DNA from: Bacteroidales bacterium
GTDB lineage: Bacteria; Bacteroidota; Bacteroidia; Bacteroidales; GCA-2748055
Assembly (NCBI GenBank): GCA_024763595.1
Contig: JANTFK010000001.1
Coordinates: 1 to 30,458 of the forward strand
Direction: 5' to 3'
Length of the DNA stretch: 30,458 bases
Part shown: positions 16,027 through 25,027 of the stretch, in pieces
Numbering within the stretch: position 1 is the stretch's first letter
How the letters are laid out: every line of letters begins with the position of its first letter
Made by a program: the position numbers and the translations under genes
Notes under the pieces: model-generated
Seen by the model: only the letters and a program-made list of their open reading frames with translations
Databases searched by the model: none
Told to the model about the DNA's origin: nothing

Positions 16027-17472
16027 TTATCCCACACTCCCCTCAAGTGTAATGGCCAGCAGCTTTTGTGCCTCTACGGCAAATTCCATGGGGAGTTTAT
16101 TTAATACCTCTTTGGCATAACCATTTACGATCAGGCTGATGGCATTTTCTGTATCGATACCCCGCTGGTTACAGTAAAAGATCTGGTCCTCTCCGATCTT
16201 GGATGTGGTAGCTTCATGTTCCACTATGGCCGTTCTGTTATCCACCTCCAGGTAGGGGAAGGTATGTGCCCCGCATTTATCACCCAGTAACAGGCTGTCA
16301 CACTGGGAGAAGTTGCGTGCGTATTCCGCTCCCTTCAGGACCCTGACCAGGCCCCGGTATGAATTCTGGCTCCTGCCTGCACTGATCCCTTTGGAAATAA
16401 TGGTGGAACGGGTGTTTTTCCCGATATGTATCATCTTGGTACCCGTATCGGCCTGCTGGTAATTATTGGTGACGGCCACTGAATAAAACTCTCCCACAGA
16501 ATTGTGTCCTTTCAGAATGCAGGAGGGGTACTTCCAGGTGATGGCCGAACCGGTCTCCACCTGGGTCCAGGATATTTTGGAGTTATCGCCTTTACAGATC
16601 CCCCGCTTGGTAACAAAGTTGTAAATACCGCCTTTACCCGCTTTATCCCCCGGATACCAGTTCTGGACGGTTGAATACTTCACCTCGGCATTCTCCATGG
16701 CCACGATCTCCACAATGGCGGCATGAAGCTGGTTCTCGTCCCGCATGGGGGCCGTGCACCCCTCCAGGTAGCTTACGTAGGTATCATCTTCCGCAATGAT
16801 CAGGGTGCGTTCGAACTGTCCTGTATTGGCAGTATTGATGCGGAAATAGGTGGAAAGCTCCATGGGGCACCTTATCCCTTTCGGAATGTAGCAGAATGAT
16901 CCGTCGCTGAATACTGCAGAATTGAGTGCAGCAAAGAAGTTATCGGTATAGGGTACCACCGAACCCATGTACTTTTGTACCAGGTCGGGATGATTCTTTA
17001 CCGCTTCGCTGAAAGAACAGAAGATAATCCCCAGTTCCGCCAGGGTGTCCTGGAAGGTGGTTTTGACCGAAACACTGTCCATTACCGCATCAACCGCTAC
17101 ACCGGCCAGCTGTTTCTGCTCCTCCAGTGGTATACCCAGTCTGTTGAAGGTGTCGATCAGCTCCGGATCGACCTCATCCAGGCTCTGGTATTTGGCCTCT
17201 TTTTTGGGAGCGGCATAATAGATGATATCCTGGTAATCAATGTCCGGGATCTGCAGGTGCGCCCAGTCCGGCATGGTCATGGTCTGCCAGTGACGAAAAG
17301 CCTTCAACCTGGACTCGGTCATCCATCCGGGTTCCTCCTTCTTTGCTGAAATAAGACGAATAACATCTTCGTTCAGCCCTTTGGGGATGGTCTCGGTCTC
17401 TATCTTCGAATGGAATCCGAATTTATAATCGTTGTCCGTTACCTCATTTAATATCTTTTCCTGATCGGTCAC
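16027..17472 (-). CDS. sufB: Fe-S cluster assembly protein SufB
   Basis: GTG start; [30 protein letters not shown] and EHEATTSKI. No intein-sized insertion (481 aa). Confidence 0.97.
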   Translation of the reverse strand: MTDQEKILNEVTDNDYKFGFHSKIETETIPKGLNEDVIRLISAKKEEPGWMTESRLKAFRHWQTMTMPDWAHLQIPDIDYQDIIYYAAPKKEAKYQSLDEVDPELIDTFNRLGIPLEEQKQLAGVAVDAVMDSVSVKTTFQDTLAELGIIFCSFSEAVKNHPDLVQKYMGSVVPYTDNFFAALNSAVFSDGSFCYIPKGIRCPMELSTYFRINTANTGQFERTLIIAEDDTYVSYLEGCTAPMRDENQLHAAIVEIVAMENAEVKYSTVQNWYPGDKAGKGGIYNFVTKRGICKGDNSKISWTQVETGSAITWKYPSCILKGHNSVGEFYSVAVTNNYQQADTGTKMIHIGKNTRSTIISKGISAGRSQNSYRGLVRVLKGAEYARNFSQCDSLLLGDKCGAHTFPYLEVDNRTAIVEHEATTSKIGEDQIFYCNQRGIDTENAISLIVNGYAKEVLNKLPMEFAVEAQKLLAITLEGSVG

Positions 17473-17541
17473 AATAAATCACTTAATTTGATAAAGCTTT
17501 ACCCCCGGCAATTGTAAATTAGATTAATTTAAAATAGAGCA

Positions 17542-17571
17542 CAAATATACAAAAAGTTGTGTTTACATTTG
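17542..17571. promoter_or_regulatory. Back-to-back Bacteroidota -7 promoter elements for suf (minus strand) and thiL (plus strand)
   Basis: The minus strand at 17542-17549 reads TATATTTG and the plus strand at 17564-17571 reads TACATTTG; both match TAnnTTTG. Confidence 0.6.
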
Positions 17572-17575
17572 TCAT

Positions 17576-18622
17576 ATGACAGCTAAGAGACTTCGAACCA
17601 TAGAAGAATTAGGAGAATTTGGCCTGATCGACCATCTTACATCAGGTTTTACATGCAGGCAGGAGAGTACAAAACTGGGTGTGGGGGACGATGCCGCCGT
17701 AATTGATCATGGTACCTACTACCAGGTGATCACCACCGACCTGCTGCTGGAGGGTGTTCACTTTGACCTGGTCTATACCCCCATGAAGCACCTGGGATAT
17801 AAAGCGGTAGTAGTAAATCTTTCAGATGTTTATGCCATGAATGCCGCTCCCCGCCAGATCACAGTGTCTTTGGGGATTTCAGGTAAGTTTTCTGTAGAAG
17901 CCCTGGAAGCGTTTTACAGCGGGGTAAAACTGGCCTGTGAGCGTTACAATGTAGATATGGTGGGAGGTGATACCTCGGGGTCCATGACAGGTCTGGTGAT
18001 CACAGTAACGGCGCTGGGTACTGCACTGAAAGAGGAGCTGACCCTGCGGAGCGGGGCAAAGGCAAACCAGTTGATCTGTGTTACGGGAGACCTGGGTGCT
18101 GCCTACATGGGCCTGAAGATCCTGGAGCGAGAAAAACAGTTGCACGCTCAGGACCCGGAGATCCAACCGGAACTGACGGAATATAACTATGTTCTGGAAC
18201 GTTTCCTGAAGCCCGAAGCCCGGATCGAAATTTTGCTGACCCTGAAAGAGGCTGGAATCAGGCCGGGGGCCATGATCGACATTTCAGACGGCCTCTCCTC
18301 TGAACTGCTGCACATATGCAAGGCTTCCGGTTACGGGTGCCAGGTGTATGATGACCGTATCCCCATTGCGGATGAGACTGTCTCAGCAGCGGCCGAGTTC
18401 AATATGGAGCCCCTGGTATCAGCCCTGCACGGGGGCGAGGATTATGAGCTGTTGTTTACGGTTCCTCTTTCCGATTATGATAAAATCACTGCCATCGATG
18501 GTATCAGCGTAATCGGCAATATGACGGAGAAGAATGGAAAGGCGCTGCTGGTGGGAGGTGATGGATCGGCCATCCCCCTTCAGGCACAAGGATGGAGTCA
18601 CACCTTATCATCATCAAAATAA
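17576..18622 (+). CDS. thiL: Thiamine-monophosphate kinase
   Basis: GEFGLI, GVGDDAAV, NLSDVYAMNA, GGDT, MIDISDGL and GGEDYELLFT. Confidence 0.96.
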   Translation: MTAKRLRTIEELGEFGLIDHLTSGFTCRQESTKLGVGDDAAVIDHGTYYQVITTDLLLEGVHFDLVYTPMKHLGYKAVVVNLSDVYAMNAAPRQITVSLGISGKFSVEALEAFYSGVKLACERYNVDMVGGDTSGSMTGLVITVTALGTALKEELTLRSGAKANQLICVTGDLGAAYMGLKILEREKQLHAQDPEIQPELTEYNYVLERFLKPEARIEILLTLKEAGIRPGAMIDISDGLSSELLHICKASGYGCQVYDDRIPIADETVSAAAEFNMEPLVSALHGGEDYELLFTVPLSDYDKITAIDGISVIGNMTEKNGKALLVGGDGSAIPLQAQGWSHTLSSSK

Positions 18623-19389
18623 CCGCGGATAATTCCCCTTTTGGAGCCGCGGATAAAAAGAATGATCTCATCCCGTTCACCGGAGGCCGGCAGGTTAGCT
18701 TCCACGAACTCGATGGCATCTGAAATGTTCAATCCACGCTGATATATGATCCGGTAAATTTCCTGGATGGCATAGATGGTATTGTTATCATACCCCCTGC
18801 GCCTGAGCCCGATAGAGTTGATCCCGGTAAAAGATACCGGGTCCCTTCCGGCCAGTGCATAAGGTGGAACATCTTTTCCCACCTTGCTTCCCCCCTGGAT
18901 CATTACATGAGGACCTATCCTGACAAACTGGTGGACCAGGCTCCCCGGGCTCACAATGGCCCAGTTGTCCACTTCCACCTCACCTGCCAATCCGGCATAA
19001 CTGCCCATAATTACCCTGTCTTTTAATACACAGTCGTGGGCAATATGGCAATATGACATAATCATGCAGTGCGTGCCAATCACGGTCTTATTATTTGCCC
19101 GTGTGCCTTTATTGATGGTCACATATTCACGGATAATGGTATGGTCCCCGATCTCGGCTGTAGTATACTCTCCTTCATACTTCAGATCCTGTGGATCCCC
19201 GGAAATGACCGCTCCCGGAAAGACCTGAACATGTTGTCCGATCCGGGCTCCGTTCATAATCACTGCATTGGGTCCTATCCAGCTTCCGGTACCAATCACC
19301 ACATCCTCCTGGATAGTTGCAAAAGGTTCTACTATTACATCTTCTGCGATACTGGCTCCGGTATGTACATTGGCGAGTTTGCTAATCAT
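18598..19389 (-). CDS. lpxA: UDP-N-acetylglucosamine O-acyltransferase
   Basis: Hexapeptide repeats, PQDLKY, IREYVTINKGT, HIAHDC and NSIGLRRRG. Confidence 0.96.
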   Translation of the reverse strand: MISKLANVHTGASIAEDVIVEPFATIQEDVVIGTGSWIGPNAVIMNGARIGQHVQVFPGAVISGDPQDLKYEGEYTTAEIGDHTIIREYVTINKGTRANNKTVIGTHCMIMSYCHIAHDCVLKDRVIMGSYAGLAGEVEVDNWAIVSPGSLVHQFVRIGPHVMIQGGSKVGKDVPPYALAGRDPVSFTGINSIGLRRRGYDNNTIYAIQEIYRIIYQRGLNISDAIEFVEANLPASGERDEIILFIRGSKRGIIRGYFDDDKV

Positions 19390-20785
19390 TGCTTTTCGTT
19401 TTAACGATCTGGGCCATTAACTCTCCCTCCATCACAAGCTTGTTGCCCACGAAGATCTCTGCAAACATCAGTGCAATCCCCCTCCGGATCGGTTCCAGGA
19501 GATCCATTTTCAGGATCAGCGTATCACCCGGCACGACCTTCCTTTTAAACTTTACCTTGTCAATCTTCAGAAAATAGGTGGAATAGTTTTCCGGATCCGG
19601 AACAGTCCCCAGTACCAGAATACCCCCCACCTGTGCAGCTGCCTCTATCTGCAGTACACCCGGCATTACCGGCTCATCGGGAAAATGACCCGTAAAGAAG
19701 GGTTCATTGGTGGTAACGTTCTTGATGCCTACCACAGATTTCTCATCCAGCCGGATCACTTTATCTACCATTAAAAATGGGTAACGGTGAGGAAGTCTGC
19801 GTTTTACTTCGTTGATATCGATCAATGGTTCCAGATTGGGATTATAGACCGGTACCTGCTTTTGAAGGGCTGCCTTTTTCATCACCTGTCTCAGGGCCCG
19901 GGCAAATTCATTATTGCTCTGATGGCCGGGACGTGTGGCAATGATCTTTGCTTTGAACCACCTGCCCACAAGGGCCAGGTCCCCCATCAGGTCCATCAGT
20001 TTGTGCCGTGCAGGTTCATTGGAGAACCTGAGTTCAACATTGTTCAGGATCCCCTCGGGTTGCACCTTCATATGTGGTTTGTGAAAGAGATCAGCCAGGT
20101 GATCCAGTTCCTTCTGGGATATCTTCCTGTCTACAATCACTACAGCATTGTCCACGTCACCGCCTTTGATCAGGTCGTTCTTGATCAGGTATTCCAGTTC
20201 ATGCAGAAATACAAAAGTCCGGCAGGGGGCAATTTGATCCTTGAAATGTTCCAGATTATCCAGGGAAGCGTGCTGGTTGCCCAGCACTTTTGAATTGTAG
20301 TCAATCAGCACATTGATACTCTGTACTTTGTCGGGATATGCAATAATATGGATCCCCTGTTCCTGATCGTAATACTCCAACTTTTCTTTCAGTATGAAGT
20401 ATTTCCGGTCGGTGGCCTGTTCAACGGTGCCTGTTTCTTCAATGGCTTTCACATAGGCAAGCGCACTTCCGTCCAGGATGGGTGCTTCCGGGCCATCCAC
20501 TTCCACCAGTACGTTATCGATCCCCATACCGGCGAAGGAAGCCAGTACATGTTCTATGGTGGATATCCTGGCTCCATTCTCCTCCAGTGTGGTGCCCCTG
20601 GATGTCTGCACCACATTTTCGGCCAGGGCATTGATGACCGGTTCCCCGGGAAGGTCCATTCGTTTAAACACATAACCATGGCTGTCAGGAGCCGGTTTCA
20701 GGGTCATTTTAACATCGACGCCAGTGTGTAATCCTTTTCCTGTAAATGTAATGGGGGCCTTAAGGGTTCTCTGTTTTTCCGCCAT
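19382..20785 (-). CDS. lpxC-fabZ: Bifunctional LpxC deacetylase / FabZ 3-hydroxyacyl-ACP dehydratase
   Basis: LpxC motifs GLHTG, TIEHVL and RHKLMDLMGDL, followed by FabZ motifs LPHRYPFLMVD and HFPDEPVMPGVLQIEA. This fusion is typical of Bacteroidota. Confidence 0.96.
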   Translation of the reverse strand: MAEKQRTLKAPITFTGKGLHTGVDVKMTLKPAPDSHGYVFKRMDLPGEPVINALAENVVQTSRGTTLEENGARISTIEHVLASFAGMGIDNVLVEVDGPEAPILDGSALAYVKAIEETGTVEQATDRKYFILKEKLEYYDQEQGIHIIAYPDKVQSINVLIDYNSKVLGNQHASLDNLEHFKDQIAPCRTFVFLHELEYLIKNDLIKGGDVDNAVVIVDRKISQKELDHLADLFHKPHMKVQPEGILNNVELRFSNEPARHKLMDLMGDLALVGRWFKAKIIATRPGHQSNNEFARALRQVMKKAALQKQVPVYNPNLEPLIDINEVKRRLPHRYPFLMVDKVIRLDEKSVVGIKNVTTNEPFFTGHFPDEPVMPGVLQIEAAAQVGGILVLGTVPDPENYSTYFLKIDKVKFKRKVVPGDTLILKMDLLEPIRRGIALMFAEIFVGNKLVMEGELMAQIVKTKSND

Positions 20786-20827
20786 ACGTACCTATTTCAT
20801 TATCTGTAAGGTTTATGAAAAAGCGCC

Positions 20828-20835
20828 CAAATATA
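20828..20835 (-). promoter_or_regulatory. Internal -7 promoter element for lpxC-fabZ/lpxA
   Basis: The minus strand reads TATATTTG in the 72-nt gap between lpxD and lpxC. Confidence 0.5.
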
Positions 20836-20857
20836 CAAAATTAATGGTGAACCGGAT

Positions 20858-21898
20858 TTATGCCCGGGAAGTCAGGTCTGAAATTTTGTGTTCCAGATCA
20901 ATAAGCTGGTTTCGGATCTTTGGCAGGTTTCTGAAGATCGCATAGCTTCGCTGATAGGGCCCAAATTCAAAAGCCGGGGACCCCTGGACCACAAGGCCCT
21001 CCTCTTTGATATCTTTTGAGATTCCCGACTGTGCAGCGATTTTCACCCCGCTGGCAATATGGATATGGCCGATAAGCCCTACCTGTCCCCCGAACATACA
21101 GTTACTGCCAATTTTCGTGGAACCCGATATGCCGGTCTGGGCAGCCATTACCGTATTCTCACCCACTTCCACATTATGGGCGATCATGATCAGGTTATCC
21201 AGTTTTACCCCTTTACGCAGGATGGTGGCTCCCATGGTGGCCCGGTCAATGGTCGTATTGGCCCCAATTTCCACATGATCCTCCATGATCACTTTCCCAA
21301 CCTGGGGCACCTTTTCATAATTATTCTCCTGATTGGGAGCAAATCCAAACCCGTCACCACCGATGATGGCCCCAGCGTGAATAATACAACGGGCACCTAT
21401 CTCACATCCTTCATAGATCTTTGCTCCTGGATGAATAATGGTGCCCTCCCCGATCTTTACATGCTCTCCAATATATACCTGTGGAAAAAGCTGTACATGA
21501 TCCCCGATGGTTGCATTGTCGGAGATTACAGTGAACTCTCCAACATAGACTTGCGCACCCAGGGAGACCGATGATGCAACGGCTGCCAGTTTGCTTACCC
21601 CCTGCTTTTTGGGCTTTTGCTCCTCATACAGGCGTAGCAGGGCCCCGAATGCCTCATAAGCATTCTTTACCCTGATCAGTGTGGCGGTAATGGGTTGTTG
21701 CGGAACAAAATCCTCATTCACAATGACAATGGATGAAACTGTTGAGTAAATATATTTTTCATACTTGGGGTTGGCAAGAAAAGAGAGTGTCCCGGCCCGG
21801 CCCTCTTCTATTTTTGACACATCATGAACTGCCGCCTCCGGATTACCTTCCACCGAGCCTTTGAGCAATTCAGCAATGACCGCTGCAGTAAATTCCAT
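20858..21898 (-). CDS. lpxD: UDP-3-O-(3-hydroxyacyl)glucosamine N-acyltransferase
   Basis: SFLANPKY, hexapeptide repeats, [18 protein letters not shown] and [12 protein letters not shown]. Confidence 0.96.
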   Translation of the reverse strand: MEFTAAVIAELLKGSVEGNPEAAVHDVSKIEEGRAGTLSFLANPKYEKYIYSTVSSIVIVNEDFVPQQPITATLIRVKNAYEAFGALLRLYEEQKPKKQGVSKLAAVASSVSLGAQVYVGEFTVISDNATIGDHVQLFPQVYIGEHVKIGEGTIIHPGAKIYEGCEIGARCIIHAGAIIGGDGFGFAPNQENNYEKVPQVGKVIMEDHVEIGANTTIDRATMGATILRKGVKLDNLIMIAHNVEVGENTVMAAQTGISGSTKIGSNCMFGGQVGLIGHIHIASGVKIAAQSGISKDIKEEGLVVQGSPAFEFGPYQRSYAIFRNLPKIRNQLIDLEHKISDLTSRA

Positions 21899-21921
21899 AC
21901 ATCTGTTTTGAGGCGTTAAAA

Positions 21922-23175
21922 CTATGACATTTCTTTAATAAAGCGTGGATAACACAGAAAATATTTCCTCACCGTTTTGGAGAGTACAGCAATATTGAGC
22001 ATATCGGAAGCATCGGCAATATCACGGGTATTCCCGTTCTTATCCATGATGGTAATCCGGTCATCCATATCGCTGTAGGCAAAATTACTCACACTATCTG
22101 AAACCACCAGATAGGTTGCCTCCTCCACTGAGATCCGCAAATGGTGTGACACTTTTTTTCGCAACGACACCACCCGTTCTTTTCCAAAAGGAAGGTCGCC
22201 CAGTTCCACAGAGAAGAGGTTCCGGTTTATCAGACCATCTGAAAGCATTGACAAAATTGTGTCGGGATGGTTGCACCACACCTTGGCCGAAGCCAGAATA
22301 TCCACATCATCCAGGGTTGCAAACTGCTCCAGGAAGCGGCTTTGTTGGGACGGAGCGAATTTCTCCGGCTCATATGAAAGGAAAAATGCAAGTGGTGGGG
22401 TTGCAAAGAGCTGTGTCCCCCCGGCAGTCAGGGCCTGGGCCCTTTTAAGCATCATGACCAGGAGCTGTTCTGAGCTAACCACGGTCCGGTGCAGGTAGAC
22501 CTGCCAGTACATGAGGCGGCGAGCTATCAGAAATTTTTCAATGGAGTAGATCCCTTTTTCATCCACCACCAGCTGATCATTCAGCACATTCAACATTTTG
22601 ATGATCCGGTCAGATCCGATCACCCCTTCGGTAACACCGGTAAAAAAGCTGTCACGCTTCAGGTAATCCAGGCGATCCATATCGAGCTGACTGGATACCA
22701 GCTGATGCAGGAACTTTTTAGGATAACGGTTGCGGAAGATCTCAATGGCCAGGCTCAATGCCCCGTTAAAAGTCTCGTTCAGCTGTTCCATATACAACAG
22801 GCTGATGGATTCATGGGAGATCTTCTCTATCAGACTGTGCTCCAGTGAATGAGAAAAAGGCCCGTGTCCGATATCATGTAACAGGATGGCAATGGTTACT
22901 GCCCTGGCCTCGTCATCAGTAATCTCGTGTCCTTTCGACCTGATCACCTCAATGGCCTGGCTCATCAGGTGCATGGCCCCCACCGAATGCTGAAAGCGGG
23001 TATGGTTGGCACCGGGATAGACAAAACTGGTGAGACCCAGTTGCCGTATCCGGCGCAAACGCTGGAAGAGTGGATGTTCAATCAGGTCGAATACCACATC
23101 ATACGCGATTTTGATGAATCCGTATACAGGATCATTGATGATTTTCAGCTTATTGGTAGAGAAATCAGTCCCCAT
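21922..23175 (-). CDS. HD-domain phosphohydrolase (dNTP triphosphohydrolase-like)
   Basis: [37 protein letters not shown] and LDMDRLDYL; usual position upstream of lpxD in this phylum. Confidence 0.9.
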   Translation of the reverse strand: MGTDFSTNKLKIINDPVYGFIKIAYDVVFDLIEHPLFQRLRRIRQLGLTSFVYPGANHTRFQHSVGAMHLMSQAIEVIRSKGHEITDDEARAVTIAILLHDIGHGPFSHSLEHSLIEKISHESISLLYMEQLNETFNGALSLAIEIFRNRYPKKFLHQLVSSQLDMDRLDYLKRDSFFTGVTEGVIGSDRIIKMLNVLNDQLVVDEKGIYSIEKFLIARRLMYWQVYLHRTVVSSEQLLVMMLKRAQALTAGGTQLFATPPLAFFLSYEPEKFAPSQQSRFLEQFATLDDVDILASAKVWCNHPDTILSMLSDGLINRNLFSVELGDLPFGKERVVSLRKKVSHHLRISVEEATYLVVSDSVSNFAYSDMDDRITIMDKNGNTRDIADASDMLNIAVLSKTVRKYFLCYPRFIKEMS

Positions 23176-23250
23176 ATGGGTCTTTTGTATCGTAAAATTA
23201 TGGTTTTATTGCTATAATCAGGTTTGTATCAGCGAAAAAACGCCACGGAT

Positions 23251-23281
23251 TTTGCTATATTAACGATTATTTGTAATTTTG
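23251..23281 (+). promoter_or_regulatory. Bacteroidota primary-sigma promoter of the rimP-nusA-infB operon
   Basis: TTTG (23251-23254), 19 nt, TAATTTTG (23274-23281), matching the -33/-7 consensus. Confidence 0.7.
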
Positions 23282-23306
23282 CGCTGTCGTTAGGAGAGTT
23301 GTGTTC

Positions 23307-23333
23307 TAGGGGGCTTTAGTCCCCTATTTTATT
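23307..23333 (+). terminator. rimP-leader attenuator-like hairpin
   Basis: TAGGGGGC-TTTA-GTCCCCTA stem (8 bp, one G-U pair) followed by TTTTATT, between the promoter and the rimP start. Confidence 0.65.
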
Positions 23334-23343
23334 AGCAGTAAGA

Positions 23344-23769
23344 ATGATAACGGTAGAAAATATTACGCATCTGATGGACCTCTTTTTAGAGGGAACCGAC
23401 GCTTTTCTGGTGGATGTAACGATCAAACCGGGAAATGCCATCCGGGTCCATGCAGATACACCGGAGGGGATCTCTGTTGACAGGTGTGCCGCTATCAGCC
23501 GTTATCTGAACGGAAAACTGGACAGGGATACGGAAGATTATTCCCTGGAGGTCTCCTCACCGGGCATCGGTGCGCCCTTTAAAGTGATGCAACAATACCG
23601 GAAGAACATTGGTCGTAGCATTGAAGTAAACTGTAACGATGGACGAAAGGCAACGGGGAAGCTTGTTTCGGTGGATAAAAATGGCATTGTCCTGGATGCT
23701 GGCCATAACCCTGAAGAATTTGGATTTGAAGAAATAAAAACAGCAAAAGCAATAATATCATTTAAATGA
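23344..23769 (+). CDS. rimP: Ribosome maturation factor RimP
   Basis: GISVDRCAAISR, DYSLEVSSPG and QYRKNIGR; first gene of the nusA-infB operon. Confidence 0.93.
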   Translation: MITVENITHLMDLFLEGTDAFLVDVTIKPGNAIRVHADTPEGISVDRCAAISRYLNGKLDRDTEDYSLEVSSPGIGAPFKVMQQYRKNIGRSIEVNCNDGRKATGKLVSVDKNGIVLDAGHNPEEFGFEEIKTAKAIISFK

Positions 23770-23782
23770 TTCAACTGCATTA

Positions 23783-25021
23783 GTGATGGAGAATATTAAT
23801 CTGATAGAGACATTTTCCGAGTTTAAGGAACTGAAGAATATTGACAGGGTCACCATGATGAGTGTCCTCGAGGATGTTTTCAGGGGGATGCTCCTTAAGA
23901 AATATGGTACGGATGAAAATTTTGATATCATCATTAACATCGACAAGGGAGACTTTGAGATATGGAGGAACCGTGAAGTAGTAATGGATGATGAGTTGGA
24001 AGATCCGGCTACTCAAATTACCCTCAATGAAGCCAAGAAGATTGATGAGGATTATGAAGTTGGAGAAGAAGTGACCGATGAAGTGAAACTTGGCGATTTT
24101 GGCCGCCGTGCTATTCTGGCCCTGCGTCAGAACCTCTCTGCACGCATCATGGAACTGGAGAAAAACCACCTTTACAATAAGTATAAAGACCGGATCGGAG
24201 ATGTGGTCACCGGTGAAGTCTACCAGGTCTGGAAAAGGGAGATCCTGATCCTAGATGATGAGGGCAATGAACTGATTCTTCCCAAAACTGAACAGATTCC
24301 ATCAGATTATTTCAGGAAAGGCGATACCATCAGGGCGGTTGTTGTAAAGGTGGATATGCGCAATGCCAATCCGCTGATCATCCTTTCGCGTACCTCTCCT
24401 GTGTTCCTGGAGCGGCTCTTTGAACTGGAGGTTCCGGAGATCTTTGACGGCCTGATCACCATTAAAAAGATTGTACGGGTCCCTGGTGAAAGGGCCAAAG
24501 TGGCAGTGGAATCGTACGATGAAAGGATTGACCCGGTCGGGGCCTGTGTTGGGATGAAGGGGTCACGGATCCATGGGATTGTGAGGGAATTGAAGAACGA
24601 AAACATCGATGTGATCAATTTTACCACCAATATTCAACTGTTTATCACCAGGGCGCTGAGTCCTGCCAAGATCTCCTCGATCAAACTGAATGATGAAGAG
24701 ATGCGCGCAGAGGTTTACCTGCAGCCCAAGGAGGTTTCCCTGGCCATTGGGAAAGGTGGACTGAATATCAAGCTTGCTTCGCAACTTACAGGTTACGAGA
24801 TCGATGTATACCGTGAATCGGATGAGGATGACGAAGATGTGAACCTGGAAGAATTTGCTGATGAAATTGAAGGCTGGATCCTGGATGAATTGAAAGCGAT
24901 TGGATGTGATACCGCAAAATCGGTATTGAATTTAAGTGTGGAGGACCTGGTAATCAGAACAGATCTTGAAGAAGAGACCATTAAAGAACTGGTCAATGTG
25001 CTAAAAGCAGAATTTGAATAG
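23783..25021 (+). CDS. nusA: Transcription termination/antitermination factor NusA
   Basis: S1 and KH domains with RVPGERAKVAV, DPVGACVGMKGSRI and LAIGKGGLNIKLA. Confidence 0.97.
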   Translation: MMENINLIETFSEFKELKNIDRVTMMSVLEDVFRGMLLKKYGTDENFDIIINIDKGDFEIWRNREVVMDDELEDPATQITLNEAKKIDEDYEVGEEVTDEVKLGDFGRRAILALRQNLSARIMELEKNHLYNKYKDRIGDVVTGEVYQVWKREILILDDEGNELILPKTEQIPSDYFRKGDTIRAVVVKVDMRNANPLIILSRTSPVFLERLFELEVPEIFDGLITIKKIVRVPGERAKVAVESYDERIDPVGACVGMKGSRIHGIVRELKNENIDVINFTTNIQLFITRALSPAKISSIKLNDEEMRAEVYLQPKEVSLAIGKGGLNIKLASQLTGYEIDVYRESDEDDEDVNLEEFADEIEGWILDELKAIGCDTAKSVLNLSVEDLVIRTDLEEETIKELVNVLKAEFE

Positions 25022-25027
25022 AACCAT

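Noticed and set aside
16027-17472. Intein in sufB
   Set aside because: The 481-aa length is normal, with no insertion or splicing motifs.
10472-18622. Possible thiamine cluster formed by yjbQ and thiL
   Set aside because: The genes are 6.7 kb apart and separated by the suf operon, no TPP riboswitch was seen, and the thiamine role of YjbQ is only a promiscuous activity.
18623-18657. Direct repeat CCGCGGATAA x2 after thiL
   Set aside because: It lies inside lpxA and reflects the repeated I-R-G peptide at its C-terminus.
19382-20785. LpxC-FabZ fusion as a novelty
   Set aside because: It is the standard arrangement in Bacteroidota.
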